Shown piece after piece: positions 8,707 to 17,702 of a DNA stretch of 64,000 nt (position 1 is the stretch's first letter; each line of letters begins with the position of its first letter). The translations under genes and the position numbers were made by a program. The DNA lies in IMG/VR virus record IMGVR_UViG_3300028624_000004, positions 113,541 to 177,540 of that record; one strand, given 5' to 3'. Source of the DNA: a virus. Taxonomy: Duplodnaviria > Caudoviricetes. The notes beneath the pieces are model-generated. The model was not told the DNA's origin and did no database searches. It worked only from the letters and a program-made list of their open reading frames with translations.

Positions 8707-10014
8707 TTAAGGCATCCACGGCATATCTGTTTTAGCCTCGTATTCCTTTTCTTCTTCTATTTTTACTTTATTTAAGAAGCCAGAGTTACTAACACTATCA
8801 AACTCTTTTGCTTTTTCTTTTCTTTCTTGATATGCTTTGTATATGTTAGAAGAGGAACCATTCATATACTTTCTTTTCCTATCTGTCTCATCGTCACTTA
8901 CTTCAAATTCTATTATAAATTTTGTAAATAATCCCTCTTGGCTTTGGACGTCTATATATGCGCCCATTGATATTGCATAATCCATGCACATAGCAAGCCC
9001 AAGTCCGTGTGTGTCAACATGGTCGTCTTTGGTTGTGAAGTTTGGCGTAAATAATTGTTCCATGACCTTAGAAGAAATTCCCTTGCCGTTGTCTTCTACA
9101 TAAAGAGATTTTTTAGAAGAATCGCCATATATTTTTATCTTTAATTCATCTCTCATATGGGAATTGTGGTCAATGGCATTATTGACTAAATTCATTAATA
9201 TCTGATGAAGAAACATGGGGGAGTGACGACATAAGAAATCAAGGGAAGTATAATCAACTTCTATTTGTGACGGTCTTATATTTTTTCTTATTGAGGAATT
9301 CAATAAAGCTACAGAAACCATGGCTTTAATGGTGGATCCAACATTAGACCTATTCATATCATATTTCTGAAGGTACTTTATATTCTTACTAAGATTATCT
9401 ACAATATATATACACTGTTCGGCAGATGCTTCTATTTCTTGAATTTTATCTTGTATAAACTTAAAGTCTTTGCCGTTAAGCTGGGTTTTCAGTGTTAGAA
9501 ATTGCAACATCATATTGGAGACATTGCGAATTATTCCTAACCACGGAGCTACCTCATGATTAACTCCAGATATGACATTCTTAAGGTTTCGAGAGTTGCT
9601 ATGGGCTATGTTCAAGCGAAAGGAAATTTCTTCTTGCTTATCTTTTAAATGCTTCTTTTCCTTCTCTTCTTTGATTAAATCATCAAGTTCTTTTTGATGA
9701 TAGAAAAAATCTTTTTTGGTTATATTAATGGCTTTAAATTTTTTATAGTTGATATAAAAATATAAGAAGGATACGGTTAACGATATTACGCCATTAAGTA
9801 TAGAAATTGTATCAAATAAGTTTTTAGACGCATCAATGACAGCCGATTGCTGTTCTTGATATACCATACTTCTAACTTGGCTCTCGTAATTTTTCTGTAC
9901 GATATGACAGATTGAATACAGAGTTGTATATGACAACAAACAAAACAAAAAAGAAATTAAGATTGAATATCTTAATTTTCTTATTAACTTAAAAATTTCT
10001 TTAAAGGTTCCCAT
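8707..10014 (-). CDS. Membrane sensor histidine kinase
   Basis: Two TM segments; H-box GVNHEV; N-box LMNLVNNAIDH; G1 VEDNGKGI; F-box LFTPNFTTK; G2 GLGLAMC. Confidence 0.92.
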   Translation of the reverse strand: MGTFKEIFKLIRKLRYSILISFLFCLLSYTTLYSICHIVQKNYESQVRSMVYQEQQSAVIDASKNLFDTISILNGVISLTVSFLYFYINYKKFKAINITKKDFFYHQKELDDLIKEEKEKKHLKDKQEEISFRLNIAHSNSRNLKNVISGVNHEVAPWLGIIRNVSNMMLQFLTLKTQLNGKDFKFIQDKIQEIEASAEQCIYIVDNLSKNIKYLQKYDMNRSNVGSTIKAMVSVALLNSSIRKNIRPSQIEVDYTSLDFLCRHSPMFLHQILMNLVNNAIDHNSHMRDELKIKIYGDSSKKSLYVEDNGKGISSKVMEQLFTPNFTTKDDHVDTHGLGLAMCMDYAISMGAYIDVQSQEGLFTKFIIEFEVSDDETDRKRKYMNGSSSNIYKAYQERKEKAKEFDSVSNSGFLNKVKIEEEKEYEAKTDMPWMP

Positions 10015-10337
10015 AGTAAACTTTGTTTGCTGATGTAATAGTATTTTTTCTCTTCAAGAGTATTTAATACCTCGTGTTCAACGCTTCCCGTTATAAACAT
10101 TATTTTACCAATATTGGACTTATTCTTATCAGCAAATTCAATTCCATTTCTACCATTTTGCAATTGAACATCTAGTATAGTATAATCGAACTGGTTGTGT
10201 GTCTTCAAAAGCTCTTCAGCTTCCTTATAGGTTTTTGCGTAGTGGATATCAATATTCCCACTGTCTATGAACATCTTAATGTATTCTATAACTTCCTTAG
10301 CAAAAAAGCTATGGTCTTCTAAAAATAAAATTTTCAT
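9984..10337 (-). CDS. Single-domain response regulator (receiver, CheY-like)
   Basis: ILFLED, ILDVQL phospho-Asp, FITG, YISK. Confidence 0.9.
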   Translation of the reverse strand: MKILFLEDHSFFAKEVIEYIKMFIDSGNIDIHYAKTYKEAEELLKTHNQFDYTILDVQLQNGRNGIEFADKNKSNIGKIMFITGSVEHEVLNTLEEKKYYYISKQSLLWEPLKKFLS

Positions 10338-10765
10338 TACGGCGTCCCCATGATAATAGTTGCTATTGTTTTTATTATTTCCACAATATGTGGCGCTATT
10401 GCAACAGCTATAGCAGATATTATACCCACGACAAGGGTCTGGAAATTCCAGTACTTCCCTGCCATTTCCTTAAGCTTATTTTTCTTTGGCGGCTCAACTG
10501 TATTAATGTTCTGGACAATAACTGGAGCAACAGCAGTAGTGTTGCCATGTTCTCCATTATCGTCAATAACATGAACTATTATCCCCTTAAGAATATCAGT
10601 TAGCTCCTTATATTGGTCACTCTGACGCTCTTCAGTGGTAAATTCATTTAAGATGTTGTGTATCTTAAACTTAAGATGGACAAGTTCGACAGAAGCCTTT
10701 TGCCACTTTGAAATCTCCGTGGGGAGGGCTGGTATGTTGGCTCGTGATGGATACTTCTTTCCCAT
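10337..10765 (-). CDS. Membrane-anchored protein, first gene of two-component operon
   Basis: Start MGKK after late promoter; C-terminal hydrophobic helix; TAATG coupling to receiver gene. Confidence 0.65.
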   Translation of the reverse strand: MGKKYPSRANIPALPTEISKWQKASVELVHLKFKIHNILNEFTTEERQSDQYKELTDILKGIIVHVIDDNGEHGNTTAVAPVIVQNINTVEPPKKNKLKEMAGKYWNFQTLVVGIISAIAVAIAPHIVEIIKTIATIIMGTP

Positions 10766-10788
10766 TATTCCCCCATAATGATATACTA

Positions 10789-10796
10789 TATTTATA
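10789..10796 (-). promoter_or_regulatory. T4-type late promoter for two-component operon
   Basis: Exact TATAAATA on minus strand. Confidence 0.65.
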
Positions 10797-10830
10797 CTAT
10801 TATGGGGGAATAAATGTTTCAATTGTTACA

Positions 10831-11205
10831 TTATTCTTTGCCACCATGTTGGTTGCGTCTTCTTTCGATTATATTATCCCTTACTCTTTCTCTCAATGGC
10901 TCATTATTCTCACGACGGTCCTCTAATCTTTCGGGAAGGTTTCTTGCTTCTGGGAACAATACGCCATTTTTAGCTATTATCATTCTCATAACGTGAACCT
11001 GTAGCTTTGGGTGTCCTTTAAGGACTTCTTTCAACTCTTGTATTTTGACTTCCATTGCTTTACGGTGTTCTTCCCTAAGCTTCTGGATTTCTAGTACCTT
11101 TCCCTTTACTTCCTGTGGTAATGTTACTTCTGGTTCGTTTGCGACCTCACATGAGTATGTTGAGGCTACTAATAAGAACGCTAGTAATGTTATGATATAT
11201 TTCAT
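10831..11205 (-). CDS. Exported protein or lipoprotein
   Basis: Signal peptide MKYIITLLAFLLVASTYSC; AAGGAG RBS. Confidence 0.65.
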   Translation of the reverse strand: MKYIITLLAFLLVASTYSCEVANEPEVTLPQEVKGKVLEIQKLREEHRKAMEVKIQELKEVLKGHPKLQVHVMRMIIAKNGVLFPEARNLPERLEDRRENNEPLRERVRDNIIERRRNQHGGKE

Positions 11206-11423
11206 ATATTATCTCCTTACCCATATTTACGCACAATTCTTCAGTTTATTAATGTAGTATCTTTCCTCACTTGATAAAAGATTATAAACTATAGTGTTTT
11301 TATTTCCTACATAACACATAAATTAAATACATTTTTAGGGGTATTTTTAGGTTACTGGTATGGTGGATTTTAGGACTTGACTTCGGCTCTGAAGTCATAG
11401 AATATACTAGTAAGGAACTCTTT

Positions 11424-11759
11424 ATGAACCCACCTGATGGTATTCCTCCCAAAGCACTCAATAGACCCATCATGCCGTCTGAGGTTGTTAACCTCAAATG
11501 TAAGCATATTCCTGATATTGTTTTCAATATCTTCAACGACCACATTGTGTCAGCATGGGATGGTAGAAAAGCAATTGTAAGGCAGGAACATGTCGTTAGT
11601 GCGCTTTTGGTTACTGAGAAGTTTACGCGAGAAGAGATTTTCCGTAAGCACATATTGGACATAGAAGAGATTTATAGTCGGGAAGGCTGGAAAGTCGAAT
11701 TCGACAAGCCCGGTTATAACGAGGGGTATGGGGCATTTTGGACCTTTACCAAGGCTTAA
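11424..11759 (+). CDS. Hypothetical phage protein
   Basis: Promoter and AAGGA RBS upstream; GWKVEFDKPGYNE. Confidence 0.7.
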   Translation: MNPPDGIPPKALNRPIMPSEVVNLKCKHIPDIVFNIFNDHIVSAWDGRKAIVRQEHVVSALLVTEKFTREEIFRKHILDIEEIYSREGWKVEFDKPGYNEGYGAFWTFTKA

Positions 11760-11760
11760 C

Positions 11761-12180
11761 ATGAACTACGACGAGGATTATGTCAAGGATCTGGAACTCC
11801 GGATTGAGCGTCAACAGGAGCAGATTGATAAATACTCTATGTTCATCAAGCGACTTGACGAACTCAAAATCAAAATGTCGATGCAGGACTGTTCGCAGTT
11901 CATTAACCCAAAGGCATTTATCAAGTGGCTTGAAAATAGTAGCAAGTGGAAGCTATTTGACACGATTGAAGATTCTCATGGTAAGACTGGGCAATTTCGT
12001 CATGCAAACGGTCGTAAGTTCTCTATTCGCGTTAAAGCATATGACAAGGGGGCAGAACAGGCTCAGTTACTTGATGTAGTCAATGCATTTCAGCATGTAT
12101 GGGACACATGGCTTTATGACCACAAAGGATGTGGTGTTATTTCGCTGATTATTGATATAATGGAGTACGAAGATGATTAA
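11761..12180 (+). CDS. Coiled-coil-leader family protein
   Basis: MNYDEDYVKDLELRIERQQEQI. Confidence 0.7.
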   Translation: MNYDEDYVKDLELRIERQQEQIDKYSMFIKRLDELKIKMSMQDCSQFINPKAFIKWLENSSKWKLFDTIEDSHGKTGQFRHANGRKFSIRVKAYDKGAEQAQLLDVVNAFQHVWDTWLYDHKGCGVISLIIDIMEYEDD

Positions 12181-12397
12181 TGACCCTCTACAGGAACTTG
12201 TTAAGCATTGTCACTCAATAGGGTTAAAATCCTATTATGAACTGGCATGTCACGCTGCTTCAAAGAAGCTGGCGGTTTATGTATTTCGTGAGGAAACTTA
12301 TAAAAAGTTCCTTGGGCGAATACCCAAAAGTATCCAGGGGTTTGATGTAGAATATAAATTAGCAAGGAAATATCAAGGACAAATATATGTCAGATAA
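12173..12397 (+). CDS. Hypothetical protein
   Basis: Overlapping ORF with GGAG RBS. Confidence 0.55.
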   Translation: MINDPLQELVKHCHSIGLKSYYELACHAASKKLAVYVFREETYKKFLGRIPKSIQGFDVEYKLARKYQGQIYVR

Positions 12398-12414
12398 TCT
12401 ATATAAATAAGGAT

Positions 12415-13347
12415 ATGCCAAAGATAATAACAACCGAAGATTTCATACGAAGAGCAATCGAAAAGCATGGCGACAAGTATGACTACAAAAATACAGAGTA
12501 TAAAGGATCACGCAGTAATATTACCATAACATGTAAGAAACACAATGTTTCATTTTTGCAATCTGCCCACCATCACTTATCGGGAAAAGGTGGATGTAAA
12601 ATATGTGCCTCCAACACTAATAGATCAAATGCAGAAACCTTTATAAAGAGGGCGATGGAGATACATAATCAAAAGTATGATTACAGCAATGTAGTGTATG
12701 AAAATAACGAAAAGCGAGTTTGCATTATATGCGACAAGCACGGTGAATTTTGGCAGTCTCCTGGGAATCATATTAGTGGTAGGGGATGTCCTGAATGTGC
12801 AAAAATTACTATTGGAAGACAAAAGATATCAAACACCAAGGATTTCATTCATAAAGCAATGGAAAAACATGGAAACCTTTACAACTATTCAGTGGTAGAA
12901 TATAAGAATTCACGTGAAGTAGTTGATATTATATGTCCAGAACATGGTACATTTCGCCAAACACCAAATTTACACCTGTGTGGATCGGGATGTCCTAAAT
13001 GCATAAAACAAAGTAGCGGCGAAACTTTCATAAGAAAATTTCTTGAGAGTAATAATATAAAGTTCATAGAGCAGGTAAAGTTTCCGACATGTAGGCATAT
13101 AAAGTTGTTATCTTTTGATTTTCTTATTGAAGGTAAAAATGTCCTCATTGAATATGACGGCGAACAACACTTTAAACCTGTGAAATATTTTGGAGGCAAT
13201 GTTAAATTTGAATACCGTAAGAAACTAGATTCTATAAAAAGTGAATGGGCGAAGAATAACAGATATAACCTCGTTCGCATACCTTATGACATGTCACATA
13301 ATGATATTGTTGAAAAGTTATATAATACGTTAGTTTTTAGTGCTTGA
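12415..13347 (+). CDS. Homing endonuclease-like protein: three KYDY...C-x-x-H...CPxC repeats plus Vsr/DUF559-like nuclease domain
   Basis: Triple repeat; SSGE...FDF...IEYDGEQHF...LVRIPY; TATAAATA at 12402-12409. Confidence 0.82.
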   Translation: MPKIITTEDFIRRAIEKHGDKYDYKNTEYKGSRSNITITCKKHNVSFLQSAHHHLSGKGGCKICASNTNRSNAETFIKRAMEIHNQKYDYSNVVYENNEKRVCIICDKHGEFWQSPGNHISGRGCPECAKITIGRQKISNTKDFIHKAMEKHGNLYNYSVVEYKNSREVVDIICPEHGTFRQTPNLHLCGSGCPKCIKQSSGETFIRKFLESNNIKFIEQVKFPTCRHIKLLSFDFLIEGKNVLIEYDGEQHFKPVKYFGGNVKFEYRKKLDSIKSEWAKNNRYNLVRIPYDMSHNDIVEKLYNTLVFSA

Positions 13348-13379
13348 TTTATTTGTTCACATAGCATATAATAAAATAT

Positions 13380-13673
13380 ATGAATAATATCCAAAATGAC
13401 GATGTAGAAGAATTGGAATCTCAAATATCAAAAGAAGAAGATCCCGAAAAAAAACAATGGATGAAATTTGCACTTGATATGATTTTGGGCAAGAAATCCA
13501 AGAATGCCCGTGTCCTCAAAGAAGTTAAAGAAATAGACAAGAGTCTTAGGACTGCTATGGCAATGGTTTTAAATTTTTATGCGGAAAATGAAGGGCAGTT
13601 CAATCAGAAACTTCTCGAAGATGTTGCAACACTTATAATAAAAAGATCCAAATTGGTAAAAAATCTAAAATGA
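13380..13673 (+). CDS. Hypothetical protein
   Basis: ATG 7 nt after TTGATT-N17-TATAAT. Confidence 0.65.
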   Translation: MNNIQNDDVEELESQISKEEDPEKKQWMKFALDMILGKKSKNARVLKEVKEIDKSLRTAMAMVLNFYAENEGQFNQKLLEDVATLIIKRSKLVKNLK

Positions 13674-14158
13674 TATTAGTAGCTGCAATGGACCCAATGG
13701 GGATTATAGGTAAAAACGGAAAGCTTCCTTGGAACTTCCCCCAAGACCTTAGTTATTTTAAGAAACTTACAAGTGGTCATATAGTGGTCATGGGTCGCAA
13801 GACATGGCAATCACTACCTGTTAAACCGCTTTCTAATAGGGTTAATATTGTGTTTTCGCGCATTATGTTGCCCGAAGATGCCCCAGGAGCCATAATAGTA
13901 AAAGACATCGAAGAATTACAAAAAGCCGTAATAGAAATTCCAGACAAAAATATATTCCTCATTGGTGGCGCTCAATTATATACAGAACTTATTGACTGGT
14001 GCGATGATATGGTTATAACTCATGTAAAGAAGCGCCACGATGGTGATACATATTTTCTGTGGGATTGGATGCAATGGGAACCCGTTGCCGATGTTTATCA
14101 GGACGCCGACATACGAATTGTACATTATAAAAGGATAATATATGGAAGTACAGAATAA
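13670..14158 (+). CDS. folA: Dihydrofolate reductase
   Basis: IGKNGKLPW, DLSYFKKLT, MGRKTWQSLP..PL..R, IGGAQLY, GDTYF. Confidence 0.96.
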   Translation: MILVAAMDPMGIIGKNGKLPWNFPQDLSYFKKLTSGHIVVMGRKTWQSLPVKPLSNRVNIVFSRIMLPEDAPGAIIVKDIEELQKAVIEIPDKNIFLIGGAQLYTELIDWCDDMVITHVKKRHDGDTYFLWDWMQWEPVADVYQDADIRIVHYKRIIYGSTE

Positions 14159-15026
14159 TTTACCGGAATCATTTGTTATTTCGGAGTCAAAAATAAATAC
14201 TCAAACAGTTGACAGACTGATAAAAACTATTAATGGCAAGGATTGGGCAAGTGTTTGGAAGAAGCGCAATCTTAATGATTCCCCTAGCGATGTTGAAAAG
14301 ATTCCAGAAATAGTTGCTGAAGTGACAAATGTAAGTAATAATGTTGACATGTCAACTCTTGAATACAATAAGACTCTTTGCAGTAAAGACATTAACCATC
14401 TATACGAACATACGCATGTCACGGTAGCATTTATCAATGTCACAAGAAACTTTGTGTTTTCTTTAAGGGATATGGACGGAACCATTACCGTAAGCGAAAT
14501 ACCACCTAAAGATGTTGTATTTTGGGTTCCTCCTTGCGTTCTTGAAAAAGACGAGAATGCAATAGAATATGGTAGCATTCTCAACGACAGTGTGGCTCGT
14601 ACCGATAAGTTGTGGAAAAAGGTGGCAGATTCATCGACCGATCATGCATTCAAGGTCAAACAGGCAATGGACAACCTCATGCCCTCCTGCGCTGCTACAA
14701 ATTGTGTAGCCACATGTGATATCAACGGGTGGAAAGAAATAGCATTTCGTAATAGCCAATTTTGGAGCAACGATGAGGCGCGTTATACTTTCTTGCATTT
14801 AGTACGAAACCTCAAAATGAGATACCCCAGTGTCTTCTATGAAGTTACCGTAGAAGATGCTAAAGGTCAGCAATTTGGGCTTGATACCATTACAGCTTCG
14901 CCATTTGCTTGGAAGGGGCTACGCCTAGCCAGGAAAGTGGATGTTCAGCCTGTACCAACCAAGCAGAAACCTCAGTTGCCAGGACCAAAATATATTAGGG
15001 AAGACGAGATTCCGACAAAAAGATAA
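14142..15026 (+). CDS. ThyX (flavin-dependent thymidylate synthase)-fold protein lacking the RHR-x7-S catalytic motif
   Basis: HLYEHTHVTVAFINVTR, LMPSCAAT..V.T.D, EAR...LKMRYPSVF resemble ThyX scaffold. Confidence 0.6.
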   Translation: MEVQNNLPESFVISESKINTQTVDRLIKTINGKDWASVWKKRNLNDSPSDVEKIPEIVAEVTNVSNNVDMSTLEYNKTLCSKDINHLYEHTHVTVAFINVTRNFVFSLRDMDGTITVSEIPPKDVVFWVPPCVLEKDENAIEYGSILNDSVARTDKLWKKVADSSTDHAFKVKQAMDNLMPSCAATNCVATCDINGWKEIAFRNSQFWSNDEARYTFLHLVRNLKMRYPSVFYEVTVEDAKGQQFGLDTITASPFAWKGLRLARKVDVQPVPTKQKPQLPGPKYIREDEIPTKR

Positions 15027-15254
15027 TCATTCCTCTACAGTAAAGGAAATAAGACAGCCATCGGCAGGAGTCCCCTGTATAACAAACTTGTCTTTTTTCT
15101 TGACGATGTAGTTTGGGTCTTTTTTGACCCTCCCATTGATTGATATGCATCCCTTTTTGATATCATCTATAGCAAGTGTTCTGTCACTGTAAAGATGCTC
15201 CCTAAATAGGAACCATTCTAGATTTTCTTTGTTTCTGTCACATGTAAAAGCCAT
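15027..15254 (-). CDS. S4-like RNA-binding domain protein
   Basis: LEWFL....SDRTLA...IKKG.ISING....P.Y.VK..DKFVI. Confidence 0.7.
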   Translation of the reverse strand: MAFTCDRNKENLEWFLFREHLYSDRTLAIDDIKKGCISINGRVKKDPNYIVKKKDKFVIQGTPADGCLISFTVEE

Positions 15255-15341
15255 GGTGTTATATTATACTAAACATGCGTAATATATTTTTGCGTGTATA
15301 ATACCTATAATTGCGATATAAATAAGTGTATAGGAGTATAT

Positions 15342-16205
15342 ATGATATTAACTAAAGAAAATACCGATGCTATATATAAGTTATATCCTGTATATGGGGG
15401 TATCGAAACTGCCCGTATCTTGGGGATAGACTATAAAATAATAAAAAGTTATGTGGGAAATAGAAAGATAAAAATAGGGGAGGACGGGAAGAATTTTATA
15501 AAAAACTCTAAGATGCTAAAGGATACAAATGTTGCTCTTCCGTATCTAAAAATACAAACACCAAGAGTTGCTTACATATGTGGATTTCTATGGGCAGATG
15601 GTTCATTTCAAAGAGTTAAAGAAGGAGGATGCATATCTCTTGAAATAAAAAAAGATGATATTAATGACATTATTTCATTGTTTACTGACGATGGTTGGAA
15701 AATATATAATAGAAAAAGATACAACTGGAAAGAGATATCGGCAGTTAAAATATCAAATCCAGTTATGTTTAATATATTTGAAAAAATGGGGTATGTGTCT
15801 GGGAGATACGATATGACAACGGCTATTAGCTATATTCCAGAAGATTTAAGAAAACATTGGATACATGGGTTATTTGACGGTGATGGATGTATGTACGTTA
15901 ATATGAAGAATAGATGTAGACAGCTATGTATATCGGGAAGTTACAATACGAAATGGAATTCGGTTATTGAATGGGCTGAACAGAATAACATATATTTTAA
16001 AGAAACGAAAACTATATACAAAAATACAAATAGAAGTTCGGCATTACGGGCTACCGGAAAAGAAAGTATTTGTAATTTTTATAATCTAATATATGATGGT
16101 AACATTGAAGGATTGAAGAGAAAACACGATAAATTCGAACAAATAAGGTATAAAAATGAAAGTCATAGCGACGAAAATATCACCCAAAACTGCCATTCTA
16201 AGTGA
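15342..16205 (+). CDS. LAGLIDADG homing endonuclease (two motifs)
   Basis: AYICGFLWADGS and WIHGLFDGDGC; TATAAATA 15317-15324 and AGGAG RBS. Confidence 0.9.
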   Translation: MILTKENTDAIYKLYPVYGGIETARILGIDYKIIKSYVGNRKIKIGEDGKNFIKNSKMLKDTNVALPYLKIQTPRVAYICGFLWADGSFQRVKEGGCISLEIKKDDINDIISLFTDDGWKIYNRKRYNWKEISAVKISNPVMFNIFEKMGYVSGRYDMTTAISYIPEDLRKHWIHGLFDGDGCMYVNMKNRCRQLCISGSYNTKWNSVIEWAEQNNIYFKETKTIYKNTNRSSALRATGKESICNFYNLIYDGNIEGLKRKHDKFEQIRYKNESHSDENITQNCHSK

Positions 16206-16938
16206 CATCCATGCATGTAACGATATGCTTGTTAAGGCTCTTGGAGTTTGTCATGATGAAGGTGTCAAGAACTACATCTTTTTAGGGGATATTCTGGATA
16301 GGGGACCAAAGCCCCTGGAAACTCTAAAAACTCTCTTAGACATAAAGTATATATCAACGTTCCTTATGGGGAATCATGATCGTAAATATGTTTTCTGGTC
16401 CTACGGTCGGGGAGTTGGTCTTTCTCCCGAACAAGCCGCTACTATAGATTTATTCAACAAGGATGGTCCAGACACCTTCCGACATTTTTGTGACTTATTC
16501 TACCAAGAGTATGTTGCCCTCATTGACGAAGACAATAAGATAATGCTCTCACATGCCCCCGGAGCGAAGCCAGTTCGTTTTGTTGAGAAGTATCACAACA
16601 ATGAGTTGGGTAAGGCAGACTACAGTCGCCTTTTATTTGGGTTGACCAACGGAGATACGGTGGATGGTTTACCCGTTCGCTTACAATTAAGTGAACGATG
16701 TGACGATGATTTAGGAGGCTGGCATCTATATCACGGGCACACACATGGTAACAGACTATTCACAGAGCCATCACCAAATATATTTTGTCTTGATTTCAAA
16801 GCAGGGCAACCAGATGGAAGATTAGCCTGTCGTATTTTTGACAATGATGTTAGAAACGGAAGGTTACTGGTAGTTAACCAGTCGCTTGAAGTGGCGTGGA
16901 ATCCTGAAAGCGACATGCTTCCCTATAAGCCGACTTAG
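16156..16938 (+). CDS. Calcineurin-like metallophosphoesterase (Ser/Thr phosphatase, PrpE/ApaH-like)
   Basis: SDIHA, GDILDRGP, GNHD, HGHTH. Confidence 0.88.
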   Translation: MKVIATKISPKTAILSDIHACNDMLVKALGVCHDEGVKNYIFLGDILDRGPKPLETLKTLLDIKYISTFLMGNHDRKYVFWSYGRGVGLSPEQAATIDLFNKDGPDTFRHFCDLFYQEYVALIDEDNKIMLSHAPGAKPVRFVEKYHNNELGKADYSRLLFGLTNGDTVDGLPVRLQLSERCDDDLGGWHLYHGHTHGNRLFTEPSPNIFCLDFKAGQPDGRLACRIFDNDVRNGRLLVVNQSLEVAWNPESDMLPYKPT

Positions 16939-17200
16939 CTTTCACATGGCTCGGATGATCAATAGTCCTGATCCAATGTAAGTAGCTACTGAATTGTGGA
17001 TGGGTTTCTAACTCATCCACATTTTTGTATTTTATGACATCGTTTAATGGAATGATATAATGCAAAGCTTCGTGACATGTTTTGCATAATATAATTGTTT
17101 CGTTAAGTGTCCCACCTTGGCTTCTCGGCAGCCAATGATGCAGAGTCATATCAGTATTGCGAACATGGCGAAGGCAGCACGGGCACTGACTTAACTCCAT
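16874..17200 (-). CDS. HNH endonuclease
   Basis: CPCC...TLHHWLPRSQGG...LCKTCHEALH. Confidence 0.8.
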   Translation of the reverse strand: MELSQCPCCLRHVRNTDMTLHHWLPRSQGGTLNETIILCKTCHEALHYIIPLNDVIKYKNVDELETHPQFSSYLHWIRTIDHPSHVKAKSAYREACRFQDSTPLQATG

Positions 17201-17237
17201 ATGGCTCCGAATGTTGTCATCACTAAGTATTTATCAA

Positions 17238-17269
17238 CAAAAAACCCAGGAACTATGCCTGGGTTTTTG
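17238..17269. terminator. Rho-independent terminator (bidirectional-looking)
   Basis: aaaaacccagg-N7-cctgggttttt. Confidence 0.75.
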
Positions 17270-17294
17270 TCTCCTTATATTTTGTTTTGTGTTA

Positions 17295-17699
17295 TTACGA
17301 ACCAAGTCCCCAAGGTCTTCTTTCGCGCTTATTTGCTGCTTCAAACCATTGCTTCATATATTCTTTTGCTATCTCTGCATCCTTAGCTAAATCACCCGTT
17401 AGTTCGGGGTAGTCGGGTGCATTTATTGTTTCGCCATACATTGAAGCTGTCAATTCAGCATCTTTCTTTTGTTGTGCTAATTCGGGAAGATTTTTATTTA
17501 AGAAATCATTGAATTTATTATATCTATCAAACCACTTATTCATTCTTTCTTTTTGTGCTGCTTTTTGCTTTTGCTTTTCTTCTTGTCTCTTCCAGTAATC
17601 TTCTGCTGCTTTTGCCTTTTCTTCTGGGGACATTGCCTCTTCGAGAGGATTTATCTCCAAACCTTTTCCTGAGAAAAACTGCTCCCTAAGAGATTTCAT
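17295..17699 (-). CDS. Late hypothetical protein (possible head-internal)
   Basis: MKSLREQFF N-terminus; follows acidic gene. Confidence 0.65.
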   Translation of the reverse strand: MKSLREQFFSGKGLEINPLEEAMSPEEKAKAAEDYWKRQEEKQKQKAAQKERMNKWFDRYNKFNDFLNKNLPELAQQKKDAELTASMYGETINAPDYPELTGDLAKDAEIAKEYMKQWFEAANKRERRPWGLGS

Positions 17700-17702
17700 T
17701 GT

